Shown one piece after another: positions 38,014-50,100 of a stretch of DNA of 64,000 nucleotides. The position numbers were made by a program, and so were the translations under genes. Source of the stretch: Octopus sinensis. Lineage: Eukaryota. Location of the stretch: NCBI RefSeq assembly GCF_006345805.1, contig NC_043006.1, positions 76,632,001 to 76,696,000 on the forward strand. Reading direction: 5' to 3'. Position 1 is the first letter of the stretch. Every line of letters starts with the position of its first letter. Below the pieces are notes generated by a model. The model had not been told where the DNA came from. It worked only from the letters and a program-made list of their open reading frames with translations, and made no database searches.

Positions 38014-38757
38014 TGGCGCAGGAGTTACTGTGTTGTAAGTAGCTTGCTTATCAAAAGAGTTAATTGAAGGAATAATGTAAGAGGTTTATCGCCTCCATGT
38101 GTATAAAATTTGTTTCCTTTGTGATGGACTTCTAGTCCAATTTTTTGTATATATTTTTGTATATATTGAGAGGTTAATACCTATATATATGTTGTTTTTA
38201 ACGAATAATGTTTTAGAGAAGCAGTGAGTCGGTGGGGGCGCTTTCTGTTTTCTCTCATCTTTATCATATTGTATTATTATCATTCGCTGCATTAATGTTT
38301 TGTCCAGCCCGCAAAGCTACACATCTTTGTACTGCCTCTATGGCAAATGATGCAAAATAAAGTAGCTTGCTTACCAACCACATGGTTCCGGGTTCAGTCT
38401 CACTGCGTGGCACCTTGGGCAAGTGTCTTCTACTATAGCCTCGGGCCGAACAAACACTTGTGAGTGGATTTGGTAGACGGAAACTGAAGAAGCCCGTTGT
38501 ATATATATGTATATATGTGTATATCTATGTGTGTATATATGTTTGTGTGTCTGTGCTTGTTCCCCCAACATCGCTTGACAACAGATGCTGGTGTGTTTAC
38601 GTCCCCGTAACTTAGTGGTTCGGCAAAAGAGCCCGATAGAAAAAGTACTAGGCTTCCAAAGAAAAAGTCTTGGATGTCGATTTGCTCGACTAAAGGCGGT
38701 ACTCCAGCATGGCAGCAGTCAAATGACTGAAACAAGTAAAAGAGAGAGTAAAAGAGT
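38014..38757 (+). mobile_element. Family A SINE whose head is split by a 309-bp insert (38051-38359)
   Basis: Head GGCGCAGGAGTTACTGTGTTGTAAGTAGCTTGCTTA stops at 38050 and resumes at 38360 with a second AAGTAGCTTGCTTA, then a complete body and tail. Confidence 0.85.
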
Positions 38758-39937
38758 ATGGCGTGCAATTTTTTAAGGTGGCCCTTCACTTGCCAGGACG
38801 AAACCCACACACTTTAATTCATGAACTTCCTCTGCAACACATACAGAATAAAACGTGCAGGAACCAGTTATGAAATTGCAACAGAATACCACTGACGCGG
38901 TTATAATTTTGAGTGGCGCTTTTTGTAACCTGTCCGTCGTGCGTAGCCCTAATCATCTGCTGGTTCAGGCATTGAGATCAGTAGTAGTTAACACCCGTTT
39001 GTTCCACCGATATAGTCTTTGGGTGTTGGCCGCGTTTAGTCAGGGTCATCGTCTTTGACTTTGCCGCCAACGTTGGCCCTATCGAGTGTTTACAACTTCC
39101 GACGGATTCGCTCTGAGTCAGTAGTCCACGCAAGCCCCTCCCTTCACGACCAGGAGCGACGGTCACTGGGGATATATCTATTTATATAGATGTATACAAA
39201 CAATGAGAATCTCTTGTTTTTAACTCTCAGTTTAACAAGTAAACAATACTGTATCAACTATTAGGTTATATTCATGTCATCTAACAACGGGAATCTCTGA
39301 TTGTTAACACTAATCTATACCAAACTAACAACTGGAGCGTTCTGAACATTTTAAAGATACAATATTATAATATAATATTTTCTATTAGCGGAACAAAGAA
39401 ATATCGAATATTCCACAATGAATATACTCTATAGATTTATGCATAAAAATAGAATGATGTTTATGAAACATGGATTTTTCATGGATCCGCCTAGTAAAAA
39501 TAATTTCGTATGGATATCTAATACTTCCATTCTGAAATCATAAAATTGATAAAAGTGTTTCTCGAATCTGAGATTTGTTGTTTGTGACTCGAGGAACCAT
39601 TTTGAAACAACTGGAATCTCTAATTTACTCAGTGCCACCCGTTAGACTTTTCTGAATACTTTAAAGTCTTAGCATTATAATATCATATCATTTTCTATTT
39701 AATATCCTTTTCAATTATGCAATTCAATGATTCTTTCAGAATAATGAAAAACTCATCTATTATAATCAGATAATAATAATAATTTTATACCATGTTACAC
39801 ATTTATCTCAGAGCATTCTGGCGCTGATACTTTTGTTCCATATATCTAATTCTTTACTTACGTATTAGTTTAGGAAGCATTCAGCTGCGTTTATCTGTAG
39901 AAACTTCATACCCTCATGCATACATACATAATTAGAT

Positions 39938-40006
<69 letters not shown>

Positions 40007-40314
40007 ATATATATGATATATATGCATCATATATATGTTTATATATACACGACATATGGTATATATATATATATAACATACAGTGGACATTTAAACACAT
40101 TAAGAGGTATCCAACATAGGACTCTCTGACGCAAGAAGGAACACCTAAAGTTTGAACCACTAATTAGAGCTAAATATATATATAAGCTAAAGATTCAAAC
40201 ACTAAGATTGGTGTTGTACGGTGGATTAATTTAAGACATTAGCTCTTATTTCTAGCAGGTGAATGCTTTTTAAGCATCATTACGCTTCGTGCAATTCAAA
40301 TATATATATATATA

Positions 40315-40409
<95 letters not shown>

Positions 40410-40411
<2 letters not shown>

Positions 40412-40775
40412 AGAATTTAGCCAAAAGCAAAAGATGGGTGTATAAACAACAAACAGACGTATTAGTTTAACGCTCGGGAAGTGAGAAAGTCATGTACGTT
40501 TCGAGTAAAACTCTTCTTCAGAAATAGAGGAAAGTACAAAGGAAGTACAAAGGAAGACGGAGGAAGAAAATCGCCAACGATGCACACATGGTTACATTTT
40601 AAAATGACCGGAAGGGAATGGATGAAGAATTACGGTGTATATGTTATTGGTGGCGACAAAAAAAGAAAAGAGAAAGAGAAAAGAGGTTGAGAGTGGAAGT
40701 AGAACAGAAGATATGTACAAGGACCTGAAAATAAAGTGGAAGTGTGACGAACAAATTGTAATGATTCCCAATCCA

Positions 40776-40780
<5 letters not shown>
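40410..40780 (-). mobile_element. Short Penelope-like terminal repeat in (TA)n containing a hammerhead core
   Basis: Homologous to 32203-32365. See the ncRNA call at 40494-40521. Confidence 0.5.
40494..40521 (-). ncRNA. Minimal hammerhead ribozyme core (PLE type)
   Basis: Minus strand CTGAAGA-A-GAGT-TTT-ACTC-GAAA-CGTA: conserved CUGANGA and GAAA boxes around a 4-bp stem II, with palindromic ACGT for stem III. Stem I pairing is not evident. Confidence 0.5.
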
Positions 40781-40821
<41 letters not shown>

Positions 40822-41363
40822 ATATATATATGTATATATACTTTATATAATTAGGGTTCAGCAAAAACTTTGCTTTGCCACGTACCGAACTTTTAGAAAT
40901 AGCAGCCAAAGAATTTGGCTATTTCTTCTACTATAAGAAGAATCTCCCAGACAATGTATACTCAAAAGCATTCACGTAGGCATAGAGGGTAAAAATAACG
41001 AAAGTTCACCCGGCATTTGATTACTTGTGAACGCGTTTCTGGGTTAGTCAGATATAGAGTTGCATGAAATACATCCCTATCCTAACATTCCCGTCATCAG
41101 CAACAAAGATTTCAGTAATTTTAAATTTGAGAGCACTAAAAATCGAACAGGTACTCTCACAACATGCCTGGATTTTATGGGTTTTACACTCCTCTTGAAC
41201 TAATTACATTGATCGGACCTTCTGGATCCTATCTGCATTCAAACTGTACATTACACTTCTCTGTATAAAACTACTGTGGAAAGTTAGCGGAATCCGTAGG
41301 AGGAGGTTTCTCTTCATTCATAACTTATAGCAGAAATATATATATATATATATATTATATATA

Positions 41364-41404
<41 letters not shown>

Positions 41405-41454
41405 TTATATACATATATGTATGTCTGCACGTATTTTTGAAATTATATATATAT

Positions 41455-41852
41455 TTTTTTTTATTATTTTACTTGTTTTACTTATGTGATTGCGGCCATG
41501 CTGTAGCACCGAATTGAAGGATTTTAGTCGAAGAATTTAACTCCAGGGCCTATTTCTTTTAAGCTTAGTACTTATTCTATCCGTCTCTATTGTCGAACCT
41601 CTAAGTTACGTGGGAGTAAAGTCCAGTACCAGTTGTCAAGTGGTAATGGGGGACAAACGCATACACAAACACACACCCACATAAGTATAACTATAGGATG
41701 GGGTTCTTTCAGTTTTCCTCTGCCAAATCCACTCACAAGATTTTGGTCGGTTTGAAGCTATAGCAGAAGGCACCCGTCCAAGTGTCCATGCTGTGGGATT
41801 GAACCTGCAACTATGTTGTTTGGAAACAGGCTTCTCACTACACAGCTATTCG
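41455..41852 (-). mobile_element. Family A-related SINE, diverged
   Basis: TGCGGCCATGCTG.AGCACCG, CTTAGTACTTATTCTAT, CCAAATCCACTCACAAG and GTGGGATTGAACC in minus order. Confidence 0.7.
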
Positions 41853-42021
41853 AAATGAGAAGTAGATAGAGAGCCGACAACTTATAAAGGGTCGTTTTCA
41901 GTTTTTACTTGTCCTGTTTTGCAATTTTTTGTCTCGATGTTTGCGTATTTAACTCGTTTGTTTTCGTACTTCATGTTGTTTACAAAGTTGCTAACGTCCT
42001 GTACCCACATATGCGTGAGTC

Positions 42022-42143
<122 letters not shown>

Positions 42144-42147
42144 ATAC

Positions 42148-42207
<60 letters not shown>

Positions 42208-42649
42208 TTATTTATTTATATATATATAATTTCTCGAACACTGAACGTATGTTCACTTTCCGTTTTCCCATGTTGATTTACACCATCGGTACTAGTGGCA
42301 TACGAGCGTTCGTTTAACAGCGATTGTCCATGCTGTATAAAGTTTTTCTTACATAACAATGCTGTTTAATAAACAAGAATAGCAAATCGTTGTAGAGAGA
42401 GCTACCTAGGCATATAGCCAGCACTGCAGTACACGTGTTGTTAAATGCTGTTTCTTTTCTTCTCAACATTGCTTACTATTTTCAACAAGTCTTCTTTGTA
42501 ACTAGGCTAGTCAATTATTAGTGATCTCAATAAAACAAAACAGTCTGAGCAATGCTCCTGCAGTCTTAATACAACTCGGTGTTTTATGTGTTTATTAGAA
42601 CACGTTCATGTTTTAATCAGTAGCTAAATCATTCATATTATATTATTTT

Positions 42650-42860
42650 CTATTCTAGGCACAAGGCCCGAATTTTTGGGGGGAGGGTGCCATTCGATTA
42701 GATCGACACCAGTACGCAACTGGTACTTTATTTATCGACCCCGAAAGGATGAAAGGCAAAGTCGATCTCGGTGGAATTTGAACTCAGAATATAACGACAG
42801 ACGAAATAACGCAAAGCATTTCGCCCGGCTTGCTAACGTTTCTGCCACCTCACTGCCTTA
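42650..42860 (-). mobile_element. SINE family B, beta tail
   Basis: TTCTAGGCACAAGGCCCGAATTTT...ATCGACCCCGAAAGGATGAAAGGCAAAGTCGA...GAACTCAGAA. Confidence 0.85.
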
Positions 42861-42869
42861 ACATTCAAA

Positions 42870-43280
42870 TACACTTTTACTCTTTTATTTGTTTCAGTCA
42901 TTTTTACTGTGGCCATGCTAGAGCACCACCTGTAGTCGAGCAAATCGACCCCAGGACATTTTCTTTGTAAGCCTAGTACTTATTCGATCGGTCTCTTTTT
43001 GCCGAACCGCTAAGTTACGGGGACGTTAACACACCAGCATCGGTTGTCAAGCGATGTTGGGGAAACAAACACAGACACACAAACATATACACACACATAC
43101 ATAAATGTATATATACATATATGCGACAAGCTTCTTTCAGTTTCCGTCTATCAAGTACACTCTCAAGGCTTTGGTGGCCTGAGGCTATAGTAGAAGACAC
43201 TTGCCCAAGGTGCCACGCAGTGGGACTGATTCTGGAACCATGTGGTTGGTAAGCAAGCTACTTACCACACATCTACTCCT
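42870..43280 (-). mobile_element. Family A SINE abutting the family B copy
   Basis: Full colinear body; head GGAGTAGATGTGTGGTAAGTAGCTTGCTTACC on the minus strand. Confidence 0.85.
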
Positions 43281-44109
43281 ATTGTAAAGCCGATGAAGAG
43301 GTAGCATAGTTAGAGCGCCGGACTTATGTTTTGCTGTAATATTCTCAACTCCTAACGTTCTCAGTTCAAATCTAGCTGCGGATAAATTTGCCTCTCCCTC
43401 TCCGGCGTCAGTAATATAGAAATGTATCTAAATACTGGAGTCAGTCGATTAACCAAACAAAGTCTCTCTTCTAACCTTTTGCCTAAATCAGAAACCATAT
43501 TACTTGATAGAATAATTGGATCTTCGGAAGCCATAAACATTTTGTAATTCCAAGTGATTATTCGTAACACACATTCATGTATAATTCACTGGGCCTAAAT
43601 AGGGGAATGCCTAAACTCGTAGAATTATGCGGTTGTGTTTATTTATTTTTTGTTTTTTTTTTTCAATGTAAATATCAAATTAGTGAAAACTATATCTTTG
43701 CCTTCAGACATATCAATTCTGTAAATAACATTTTGTTGTCCCTTAAGTTATTTAACTTGTAACTTAAAACAAAAATAATAGATGGCTGTAGTTCCTTACT
43801 TGGATATGGTAAGTATTTTATATGTTCGACTCGTCATCACCGATTTTAAATACGCTTTAGTATTTCTGAGGTTTACCTAAAATAAACAACTAAACAGGTC
43901 ACTCAGTCTGTCATGTATATATCTTTCGAACTCCCACCACCGTGTTTAAAATATCAGCAATACCTTATTAGACAATGTAACTTCAAGTATTCAACAGACA
44001 TGGATTGGTCTTCGCGTAAATACCCCTGATGAGATGTCTCTTGATTCAGAGCTGACCTGGAGCAAAATAAAAAAAGAAGGCAAGACCAAGTCAAAATAGT
44101 AAAACTTTG

Positions 44110-44520
44110 GAAATTTAATTCCTTTATAAACAGCCTTTTAAAATAACCAATACATTGCGGTTATCATATCTCCCGTTAGCAATATCAAGTATACAACATG
44201 CCTATGTTTGTTTATACCTATACAATAAAGTCACAAAAATAGCAACGATTTTATATAAATTGAGGAATGTATTGGCATTTTAAGCGAACAATTTTCAAAT
44301 TAGTCTTCAAAGGAAAGCATGACAAAAATAGATGCATGACGGCAAATTTTAGTCTGCAGATCTTTAAATCTTTCCAATAATTAGATATGTTGTAAACATC
44401 CAAGACTATTTTCATCACTGAGATTGGAAATTTATTTTTATGTATTATCTACAGAAGCTTTCAGCTATATTTATTTCCAGAATTTATTCGCAATGGTCAG
44501 TTACATTAAAAAGACATGTT
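44110..44520 (-). mobile_element. Possible very decayed Penelope C-terminal fragment
   Basis: Minus-strand ERFKDLQTKICRHASIF resembles the PLE C-terminal NKRSELISKCRH motif. Weak. Confidence 0.25.
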
Positions 44521-44959
44521 TTACAGTTATGGATAATGTTAAAAAAGAATCAATATAAATTGCTGAATCCAAAACGCCCGAGTGAATAGCATATCATTTC
44601 AAAAGGCCCTGAATAATTAATTCAGTTGTTTTTCGATTTCCCGCTTTTAAGTTCTTCCCTTTTTGACCACGCTTTGAATAAAGTCCTCAGCGGTTATTGA
44701 ACTGTATATTCTGAATTCAATTTTCAGAGAGACAGCTTTACATTTTATGCTTCGGGGGCTAAAAGCCGGGCTCGTTTTTAATTATATAGCCACCGAGTAC
44801 GTGGTTCCTACCTCAAAACTTGCTGATTTTGTTGCCAAATTCGAAATCAGAAAATTCGTTGGAGCGTTCGACATCATACTTAATTGCATTTCTTAAGGAT
44901 TCGAGTTCAAAATAAGGTCGACTTTAACTTTTTTCTTTTGAGGTAGACGAAATAAGGAT

Positions 44960-45057
44960 TCTTCTTCTTCTTCTTCTTCTTCTTTTCTTCTTCTTCTTCT
45001 TCTTCTTCTTCTTCTTCTTCTTCTTCTTCTTCTTCTTCTTCTTCTTCTCAGTACTAA

Positions 45058-45094
<37 letters not shown>
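44960..45094. repeat. (CTT)n followed by (ATT)n
   Basis: Direct reading. It produces the poly-N/K/R ORF 44924-45121. Confidence 0.95.
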
Positions 45095-45452
45095 GAGTGA
45101 GAGAGTAGTGCATGCCATCAAAGTGACACTGGGGTAAAATATGCGAAGCTCACTTTACCCATCATGACTAACCGTCTGATAAGAGTACACTAGGCACATG
45201 CATCACAACTATATGTGCGCGACATATTGATCTCATATCAAGATAATCAGCCCTTGCAGATGGGGCCTACTTAGAATTTTCTTCTGGTCGAGTAACCTAT
45301 CCCGCTCAAAAGGTAACTGAATAAGGGTTGTTTAAGGATGTTGAACGAAACACGGAATGTTTCCAGAGGTGAATTATTCAAACCCCAAAGAATCCGTCTC
45401 AACACATGGATATGATGCTCCACCACTACTTCTGCTCGTGATCAGAGATGCA

Positions 45453-45454
<2 letters not shown>
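45095..45454 (-). mobile_element. Family X, copy 3 (most 5'-truncated)
   Basis: Reverse complement of the 3' ~360 bp of 7281-7827, with (ATT)n on both sides. Confidence 0.8.
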
Positions 45455-45502
<48 letters not shown>

Positions 45503-45587
45503 GTGTTGTTGTTGTTGTTGTTGTTGTGTTGTTGTTGTTGTTTTTTGTTGTAGTTGTTGTTGTTATTATCATTATTATAATTAATAT

Positions 45588-46467
45588 TCAGTAGTTTAAT
45601 TTTTATAGCGTGCTTTCACTTCACTACCGAGCGCAGCTCTGTGTGCCTTAGGTATGTGCTGTGATTTGTTGTGATGCTCTGATGGTTACTGTATGGAAAG
45701 TGTTCTGCGTAGGATGTGTGCAGTGCCTAGTAGTGCAATTTTCAGTGTGTTATATGTGTTTGTAAGTCCTGGTGTTTTTGTTCTGTATTTGTCTGAATAT
45801 TTTTTATCATGCCTAAGGTACCTACTATGATAGGAATTGTTTCTGTTTTTAGATTCCACATTCTGGTTACCTCTATTTCCAGGTCTTTGTATTTTGAAAG
45901 TTTCTCCATTTCTTTTAGAGACACGTTGTCATCTGCCGGTATTGATACATCAATTAGAAAGCATTTTTTTTCTTCATGATCTCTGACAACTATATCTGGT
46001 CTGTTGGCCTTAATTTCTCTATCTGTGTGTATCGGCATATCCCAGAGTATGGTTGCTTTCTCGTTTTCTGTGACATTTTCTGGTGTGTGCCTATACCTTC
46101 TTTTTTCTGTTGTTATTCCATAATGTTGGCATAGCTTCCAGTGTATGTAGGTTCCAACTCTGTCATGTCTGTGAATATATTCCTTCTTAGCCAGGACTGG
46201 GCAGCCAGAGATAATATGATTTATTGTTTCTTGTCCATCTCCACATATTCTGCAGTTACTGGGTATATTTCTTTTCATTACATGCTTTTGGTAATTTCTG
46301 GTGGGAAGGCTTTGGTCTTGTGCTGCAATTAAAAATCCCTCTGTCTCCTTTGAGTCCTGAGCTTCTCAACCATTGTTGGGATTTATCTTTGTCTATTTCT
46401 TTTGCGCTTAGTTTAGTCCTGTATTTACCATGAAGGGGCTTTTCTTGCCATCGTTTATCATGGTTCG

Positions 46468-46471
<4 letters not shown>
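45588..46471 (-). mobile_element. R4/Dong-clade LINE 3' end (CCHC knuckle and REL endonuclease), 5'-truncated, embedded in (TAA)n
   Basis: ORF 45742-46278: CRICGDGQETINHIISGC, RHD, ILWDMPIHTDREIKANRPDIVV, IDVSIP, EKLSKYKDL, IPIIVGTLG. Upstream AAQDQSLPT; downstream IALLGTAHILRRTL. (ATT)n at 46472-46543 and a degenerate tract below 45588. Confidence 0.9.
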
Positions 46472-46545
<74 letters not shown>

Positions 46546-46924
46546 AACGAAATATACAGATATTAAATATTGAAATTTCTTGACGGTTATATCATCTTTT
46601 GAATATTATGGAAGTATTAGCAATAATTATTTCGGTATTTTATTTCTGTAAAATGTCGCCATCCACGATATTAGAAACTACATCATTACAAGAAAGGCTG
46701 AATAAAACTCATATGAATTCACATATGGATTCTGAAAAAATATACTTCTTGCAAATTAATCCAAAATTAATCTTAGCTGTCACATAAATCCAAGAAATCT
46801 TAATTAAATATCACATAACGTATTAAACGAATATTATTTTAAAGAATGGGCATCTAGCCTTCATGAAACCTATTAAATAAGATATATTTGATTCCAAAAA
46901 TATAACGCAAACATGCATATTTCT

Positions 46925-47125
46925 TTACAAGTAATTACAGGGTCTCACACGTGCGCGAGCATACACATACACAAACACACACACACAAACATACCCGCAC
47001 AAGCACACACAATAGCACACACGTACAGACTCACACAAATCACAAACGTTCATATCAACACGCACATGGATGCACACATGAACACACACACGCGCATACA
47101 CAAATATACATACACACCCATACAA
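46925..47125. repeat. Degenerate (CA)n-rich tract
   Basis: Direct reading. Confidence 0.8.
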
Positions 47126-47187
47126 CTGCAGTGATATAATGAAAGAGAGAAAAAAATGATAATAAGCGACGTTTGTAGTTAGGCACA

Positions 47188-47830
47188 TCGCTCCCAGTTA
47201 GCAAATCTATTAATAATAAGCGCAGACACGACAAGGTAACCCAAAACATTCAATTCCTAGTATGCCGGAGGTATGGATACGAGGTGACGGCTGCTTGATA
47301 CCAACATACACGGGTAAAAGTAATGGACAAATGAGGAAGGCAAAATTTCTCTGAAGCTTTGACTTCCAGACAGACAAGGTGTTAGAGCACGGAAATCCGG
47401 ATATAGTAAAACTTTATCAAGGACAAACAAGAATGCCTAATAATCAACGTGGCATTGCCAGAAGATCAACATATTATATAGAGAAAAGACTGATAAATAA
47501 GGAAACATGAGAATTGAAATCACTAAGATGTGGCAGCTACGAGAGTCAAACATAAAGATTATCCCTATTACTATCGGAGCAGTGGGTTCGATTCCTCCCA
47601 ACCTGAAACAAACATCTGGAGACTTTAGAAATACCCTACAATGTAGGTGTGTTGCAAATGTCGGCATTTCTTGGAAGTGAACACATACTACGTAAAGTAC
47701 TGTTTGTCAGAGATCCTCGTTGTGACTTCACAGACAATACAACCCTCGTGTAAACACAATGTTTTCAATCAACAACCTCACGATATTTGATACTGTGTGA
47801 CGTCTTACATAATAATGATGCTAATAATGA
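47188..47830 (+). mobile_element. R4/Dong-type LINE 3' fragment, different subfamily, decayed
   Basis: RRHDKV, FDFQTDKVLEHGNPDIV, IINVALPED, IIPITIGAVGSIP, AFLGSEHILRKVL; degenerate AAT tail. Confidence 0.75.
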
Positions 47831-47869
47831 AGAAACGAAAAATGAAGAAATAAATGAACCATAATATTA

Positions 47870-48030
47870 TAGACCCATAACCTGCTTAACAACTATGTAT
47901 GAAATACTAACATCTGTCTTGACTGAATACAGCTATATTTTTTTTAATAGAAAGTGGTATCTACTCTAATTAGCCAAAAAGATGTAAACGTGGGTCCTAA
48001 GGTTGTAGAATTCTTCGCAGGGTTCTTGAA
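47870..48030 (+). mobile_element. R4/Dong-type RT fragment
   Basis: PITCLTTMYEILTSVLTE, matching the motif at the end of the 2225-5090 element. Confidence 0.6.
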
Positions 48031-49035
48031 GCATGACCAGTAGACAAGTGTTACCTTAGTCTGCTAGCTGTGGACAGCTGAGTCTTTCCATCATGCCCAG
48101 CATAATAATAATAACGGCAGCGTGTAATAAAATCTCCAAATTACCCAAAGGCAGAAAGAATATCTACACACAACACGCACACATACATACTTATATATAA
48201 ATTTCGGTTGCGCGTTCTGTATATGGTTCTGGAAATTATGTTTTGTAAATGACAGACTATGCTGATGATCTTACATATATTTGCGTGTTCATATACGTAA
48301 ATATTAACAAGTGAAACCAATGGTACATAGATAATCGTTTTTTTATTTCGTATATTTTCATTTGTCTTGCTTATTTTTATATTTTGGTTTTTTGCTGAGA
48401 TTTTTCCCGAGAACACATTCTTCTTGGTAATGGCAATTTGAAGTCTATGTTTAGCATATAGGCTGTCCACTTTACTGGTCAGTCCTCTACATTTTGTATG
48501 TAACACAATTTTTAATATTCGGATATTTTAAATATCCTAAGCTATTAGTTTTAATTGATTAATATCAATTTCTACACTTCTTATTTAATTTGATATATAT
48601 ATATATATATATACATACTTATAATACACGCAAAGAGAGGGAGAGTGAGAAAGAGACCGATAGACAGATAGACAGAGGGAAAGACAGAGATAGACAGGTG
48701 ATATAAGGGGCGAAATATATGTTCCTAACATTTCTACTCCTGCCAACTCAGATATGCATATATACATTAATATTTTTAGACGTACATATATTTATACGGA
48801 TATCACTCCCAATCGAAGATTACTGCTTCGTATATGATATACCTTGTCTATTTGTATTAGGTGTGACATTTTTATTATCACTGCCCATCGTTTATGCTCT
48901 CATTCCACAGTATAGAGTATCACATCTGTCACTCTCTCCCAGTTCTCGATCTGTTGCAATGGGGCAATGTCCATGGTGCCAAAGTGTCTTAACACTAAAG
49001 CTTGCATACTAACTGACTTTAGTTGATGACCATTA

Positions 49036-49465
49036 AAAGTCGGCGAGCTGGCAGAGTCGTTAGCACGCTGGAAGAAATGCTTAGCGGTATTTCGCCCGTC
49101 GCAATACTCTGAGTTCAAATTCTGCCGAGGTCGACTTTGCCTTTTATCCTTAAGGGGTCGATAAATTAAATGCTAGTTAAACACTGGGGTCAATGTATTC
49201 GACTAATCTCCTCCTCTACAATTCCATGCCTTTTGCTTATAGTACAAAGGAATAATTGCTACCATTAAAGCGGTGAGCGGGCAGAATCGTTAGCACTCCG
49301 TGCAGAATGTTTCGCAGAATTTCGCTTGTCTGAGTTTAAATACCACCGAGTACGAATTTGTCTTTCATCATTTCTGGATCAAGAAAATAAGTACCAGTTG
49401 AACAATAGGGTAGATATGATCAACTAGCTTTCTTTCCCACAAATTTCAGGCCTTGTGTAGATAGT
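49036..49465 (+). mobile_element. Two tandem diverged family B SINEs (beta tail)
   Basis: GGCGAGCTGGCAGAGTCGTTAG at ~49042 and GGTGAGCGGGCAGAATCGTTAG at ~49272; each has a GAGTT.AAAT box and a tail related to GCCTTGTG. Confidence 0.75.
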
Positions 49466-49519
49466 TGAAAGTTATTTTCACAACCATGGTCGTGAGTAAT
49501 AATCCAGTGATCTACGATT

Positions 49520-50100
49520 AAATGTCAGCTGCGGTTTCAACGCGATTTTATGTACTATTACCCTGAATAATCTCAGAATCTACTCGTCCAGTCTTCTATC
49601 CATGGAACGCACTGTTTATAAATATGGAATCCCAATTAATCCTTATCGTGTGGCTTCTGATAACGTTTAATTTGTGGACTGGAAGGAAGTTTTGGAAAGT
49701 TTGTAGCATTGAATTACTAGTTGATTTGTTCAGCCTGTTTGCAGGTAGCGTTCAGATCTCGTTAGAGGTGTTTTATATATAATCTAGTTTCTTAATTACA
49801 CGAGAAAATTTTGATCGTCAGTGTAGTTGCTAAGCAAGGTTATCAGCATCATCTGCAGTAAAACTCCCTAAGAGATTTCACTTAAAATTAATAACCTACC
49901 TGCAAGGTAATCTATAACGGCAACTGTCTATATAAAATCAGATAGTCATTCCCTTGGTATTTCAAAGATGCAGAGAGCACAACAGTTTTAGCCATTACTC
50001 TATGATGAGATTATCGAAGGCCTTCATAGGGTCAAGACATAACAGATCCACGTTTTATTAAATGAATTGCTCTTTTATTGTTCAACACGATACTGTAGGC
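49520..50100 (-). mobile_element. Very decayed CR1/Jockey-group RT fragment
   Basis: Minus-strand LDPMKAFD (cf. LDISKAFD) and SNYTDD (cf. YADD) in the correct order. Confidence 0.45.

Noticed and set aside
43782-43808. ATG-started mini-exon MAVVPYLDM with a GTAAGT donor
   Set aside because: It overlaps a variant of the recurrent GATGGCTGT..TT.CT repeat motif and has no supporting downstream exon.
43990-44100. CTGATGA followed later by AAGACCAAGTCAAAA as a hammerhead
   Set aside because: No consistent stem II or GAAA box could be built by eye.
44924-45121. Poly-N/K/R ORF resembling a basic protein
   Set aside because: It is a translation of (ATT)n and (CTT)n repeats.
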